Source of the DNA: Patescibacteria group bacterium
GTDB lineage: Bacteria; Patescibacteriota; Patescibacteriia; JAXHNJ01
Direction: 5' to 3'
DNA length: 64,000 nt
Assembly: GCA_034520665.1 (NCBI GenBank)
Contig: JAXHNJ010000002.1
Location: forward strand, 62,230 to 126,229
A model generated the notes under the pieces. It was not told the origin of the DNA. It ran no database searches and saw only the letters and a program-made list of their open reading frames with translations. Of this stretch, positions 61,282 to 64,000 are shown piece by piece. Position 1 is the first letter of the stretch. Each line of letters begins with the position of its first letter. Both the position numbers and the translations under genes were made by a program.

Positions 61282-62319
61282 CTATTTTTTGTTTTTTTTA
61301 CTATACTTTTTCTTAATATCTTTAATCGCTTTTTCTTTAATCTCAGAATATTCATCTTTAATTTTTCCCAATAAAACCTCCAGAATATCTTCCATGGTTA
61401 AGATACCCAAATCTTTTTCTTTGTTCTTATCACGCACTAAAGCAAAGTGTTTTTGTCCGCGCCGCATTTGACGAAAAATATTAACTACTTCCTCATCTTC
61501 GACAATAATAAAGGAACGTTTTAACAAAGAATCTACTTTTTTTGAACGGGTCGAGATAATATCTTTTAAATAAATTAGGCCGACAATTTTTTCTTTATCC
61601 GGATTCATCACCGGCACCCGAGTAAAGCCTTTTTCTAAAATCTGCTGGCGAGCGTATTCAATACTACATCCTTTATTAATATAAAAAACTTTTTTCATCG
61701 GTATCATCACGTCTTTGGCCTTTTTCTGGCCAAAGTCAAAAGTGCGATAAATAATTTTCTTTTCTACATTTTTTATTAAACCCTCTTCCTTTCCCAAGCT
61801 AACCAAACTTTTAATATCTCTTTTGGATAAAGAAAGTTCACCTTGAGGTTTAAAGCGTAGTTTTAAAAACTTTTTTGATATAAAAAGGAATACGCGACTA
61901 ATCGGAGTTAAAGTTTGAACTAAATAGTAAAGTGATTTGGCCCGCTTTAAACAAATCTCCCGACTGGCCGCCAGACCACGAGCTTTCGGATTTATTTCCC
62001 CAAAAATAGTAATAATAAAAGTAATTAGTCCAATAGCCAGACTCAGGCCAAAGGTATGAAAAACACGATTAGCAAAAAGTGCTACTAAAGAAGCCAAAAT
62101 AATTTTGATTAAATTATTTAAAACTAAAATAGTAGCAATGGCCTTGTTCATGTTACGTTTAACCCAAAAAACAAATTCTTTTTTATTAACATTATCAATC
62201 TTCATCTGAGCCAAATCAGACTGGCTTAAGTTTGAAAAGGCTGTTTCGGTCCCAGAAAGCCAGGCTGACATCAGTATCAGCAGAATAACCGCTAGAATAA
62301 TTATTGTATAAATAAGCAT
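61282..62319 (-). CDS. CNNM/DUF21-CBS domain membrane protein (CorC/TlyC family)
   Basis: 345 aa. DUF21 TM region with GTETAFS. Two CBS motifs follow. Confidence 0.6.
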   Translation of the reverse strand: MLIYTIIILAVILLILMSAWLSGTETAFSNLSQSDLAQMKIDNVNKKEFVFWVKRNMNKAIATILVLNNLIKIILASLVALFANRVFHTFGLSLAIGLITFIITIFGEINPKARGLAASREICLKRAKSLYYLVQTLTPISRVFLFISKKFLKLRFKPQGELSLSKRDIKSLVSLGKEEGLIKNVEKKIIYRTFDFGQKKAKDVMIPMKKVFYINKGCSIEYARQQILEKGFTRVPVMNPDKEKIVGLIYLKDIISTRSKKVDSLLKRSFIIVEDEEVVNIFRQMRRGQKHFALVRDKNKEKDLGILTMEDILEVLLGKIKDEYSEIKEKAIKDIKKKYSKKNKK

Positions 62320-62325
62320 ATTTTT

Positions 62326-64000
62326 TTAAACCTTTCTATACTGGCAAATATTTTTAAAGTCACAGTACCGGCATTTATACTTTGAAGGAGTAGCCTTAAA
62401 ATCACTTTTCATTATCTGCTCAATCGTCTCTGTTACTTCCTTTTTTATTTTTTGGGCTTCTTTTTTTTGCGGCTGGACCGAAAACTTTTTATTATCTTCA
62501 ATATAGTAATAAGTTAACTTAAGTGGCTTAAGTTTAAATACTTCCCAGCTAGCTAAAGCATAGATGAAAAGCTGTTTAAAATCAATTTTATTTTTTGACG
62601 AGGGCAAATTACCGGTTTTATAATCGATAATTTCTACTGCCCCCCCTGAGCTAGCCGAAGAGTCTTTTCTAATTTCATCCATCCGATCTATAAAACCTTT
62701 AACTGTATAATCACCAAATTTTATATTAAAACCTTTTTCTAAAAACATAGGTACTTTTAAGGAATCTTTATTTATTTTATAAAACTTTTTTAAAGCTTTT
62801 TCTCCCTGTTTTTTTCTTGTTAATTCATGATCTTTGGAATCATACCACTCGTCAAGCCAATTTTTGCGGTACAAAGACAATAAATCTTTTTGGCTGGGCT
62901 TTTTATCCTGCTGGACCATTCGGTAAAAATCATACAAAGTGCGGTGAATACTTTTACCAAAAGAGAAAGTGCCCTTGCCTTTAACCGGTACTTTTAAAAT
63001 ATGGGCCAAGCGATATTGGTAAGGACAGGTTTCAAAGGCCCGTATTTGAGTATAGGAAAATTTCTGAGGCAAATAAGCTAAATCATCTTTGACTCTTTTA
63101 AATTTATGCTTTTTAGAGAAACTGTTAATAATTAATTTTTCTTTTTTTTGCTTCGGGCCGGACTCATCTTTTTTAACCAGCCCGGTTTCATATAAAAATT
63201 TGGATAACTTTTTTTTGCGGCTGCCGCCGTAATTATCGGCACTGGTCAGATAAATTCCTTTTTTGGCGCGAGTTATAGCTACATAAAACAAACGGCGCTC
63301 TTCCTGAAGATGAATATCACCACTAGGCAAAGTCTCTTTTATCAAATTATCTGGTAATTCAATAGGATCGCGGCGGTTAATCGAAGGAAATCTTTTATTA
63401 ACCAAATTAACCACAAAGACATGCTCAAATTCCAGTCCCTTGGCTTGGTGAATGGTCATTACCTTGACTGAATCTGGTCCTTCTTCCAGATTATTTTTTA
63501 AGGGACCGGTCTCTCCAGCTTCTTGGGCTAGCTCTAATTCCTGCATAAAATTTTTCACGGTTTTGTCCTGATTAAGTCTTTCAAAATTACTGGCTACTTT
63601 AAAAAACTGATTAATATTTAATATTTTCTCATGGGCTTTTTTGCTTTGCTTTTGGCTTAAATATTTAAAAAGATTAGAATCAGAAACAAATTGGTAAAGC
63701 GCTTTTAAGGTTCCTTTCTTTTGGCCGGTCTGGGTCTGTTTTTTAATCATTTCTATAATTTCTTTGACCGTTTTCTTGGTACTGGGTGAAATACCTTCAA
63801 TCTCATTAATATGATCAAGAATTTCAAACAAAGATTTATTCTTTTTATTGGCCCGGTATAAGAGTTTCATAATATCATTTACTGTCACTTTAAAAATAGG
63901 CATGGCTAAAACCCGATACATAGCCGTACTTTCATGATAATTATCCAGCAGTTTTAAATAAGAAATTAAATCGATTATTTCCGGTTTCTGAAAAAGTCCG
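62326..64000 (-). CDS. UvrD-like helicase fused to C-terminal PD-(D/E)xK (Cas4/RecB-like, Cys4) nuclease; 5'-partial (continues past window end)
   Basis: Helicase motif VI VMTIHQAKGLEFEHVFVV. The nuclease domain has CPYQY...IDRMDEI...EIIDYKTG...CRYCDFKNIC. The reading frame stays open upstream of the track's first Met to position 64000 (…ISYLKLLDNYHESTA…, matching the UvrD C-terminal domain). Confidence 0.55.
   Translation of the reverse strand, partial: GLFQKPEIIDLISYLKLLDNYHESTAMYRVLAMPIFKVTVNDIMKLLYRANKKNKSLFEILDHINEIEGISPSTKKTVKEIIEMIKKQTQTGQKKGTLKALYQFVSDSNLFKYLSQKQSKKAHEKILNINQFFKVASNFERLNQDKTVKNFMQELELAQEAGETGPLKNNLEEGPDSVKVMTIHQAKGLEFEHVFVVNLVNKRFPSINRRDPIELPDNLIKETLPSGDIHLQEERRLFYVAITRAKKGIYLTSADNYGGSRKKKLSKFLYETGLVKKDESGPKQKKEKLIINSFSKKHKFKRVKDDLAYLPQKFSYTQIRAFETCPYQYRLAHILKVPVKGKGTFSFGKSIHRTLYDFYRMVQQDKKPSQKDLLSLYRKNWLDEWYDSKDHELTRKKQGEKALKKFYKINKDSLKVPMFLEKGFNIKFGDYTVKGFIDRMDEIRKDSSASSGGAVEIIDYKTGNLPSSKNKIDFKQLFIYALASWEVFKLKPLKLTYYYIEDNKKFSVQPQKKEAQKIKKEVTETIEQIMKSDFKATPSKYKCRYCDFKNICQYRKV

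Overview
AT-rich (about 30% GC) bacterial chromosomal segment, almost entirely coded on the minus strand. The gene style (small proteins, T-box leader, archaeal-type CarS-like lipid gene, broken universal synteny, four-helix-bundle IVS-like protein) is consistent with a small-genome Patescibacteria/CPR-like organism; this is inference only.

Housekeeping content: rpmG, a tRNA-Trp/Thr/Tyr cluster, rpsB-tsf, rpmE, prfA-prmC, rplY, a SEDS protein (rodA/ftsW), dnaE, thrS behind a T-box leader, miaB/miaA, gatB, tmk, three tandem sigma-70 paralogs, a thymidylate block (thyX-like, dut, dNMP kinase, dCMP deaminase), rplA/rplK, nusG-secE, gyrB and pheST.

The most unusual part is the left 10 kb. It holds three tandem, strongly diverged operons, each built from a GNAT N-acyltransferase (N-acyl-amino-acid-synthase / LuxI-like), a ThiF/E1-like adenylyltransferase and a 7TM-GAF membrane sensor. 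One operon instead carries a PaaK/CapK-like adenylate-forming enzyme plus methyltransferases. Each operon is preceded by a near-identical ~220 bp terminator/promoter element that carries the 3' end of the GAF gene. The array abuts tRNA-Trp, a frameshifted GIY-YIG nuclease gene, and a tRNA-Thr/Tyr cluster full of tRNA fragments around a second GIY-YIG gene. I read this as a candidate undescribed small-molecule signalling or biosynthesis system on an actively rearranging accessory locus.

Other notable items: a high-GC island with a fused PyrB-PyrI aspartate transcarbamoylase; a high-GC beta-barrel-like secreted protein; a 994-aa secreted papain-like / beta-helix / TSP3-repeat protein; a CarS-like plus CDP-alcohol phosphatidyltransferase pair; and two ORFs inserted between rplK and rplA.
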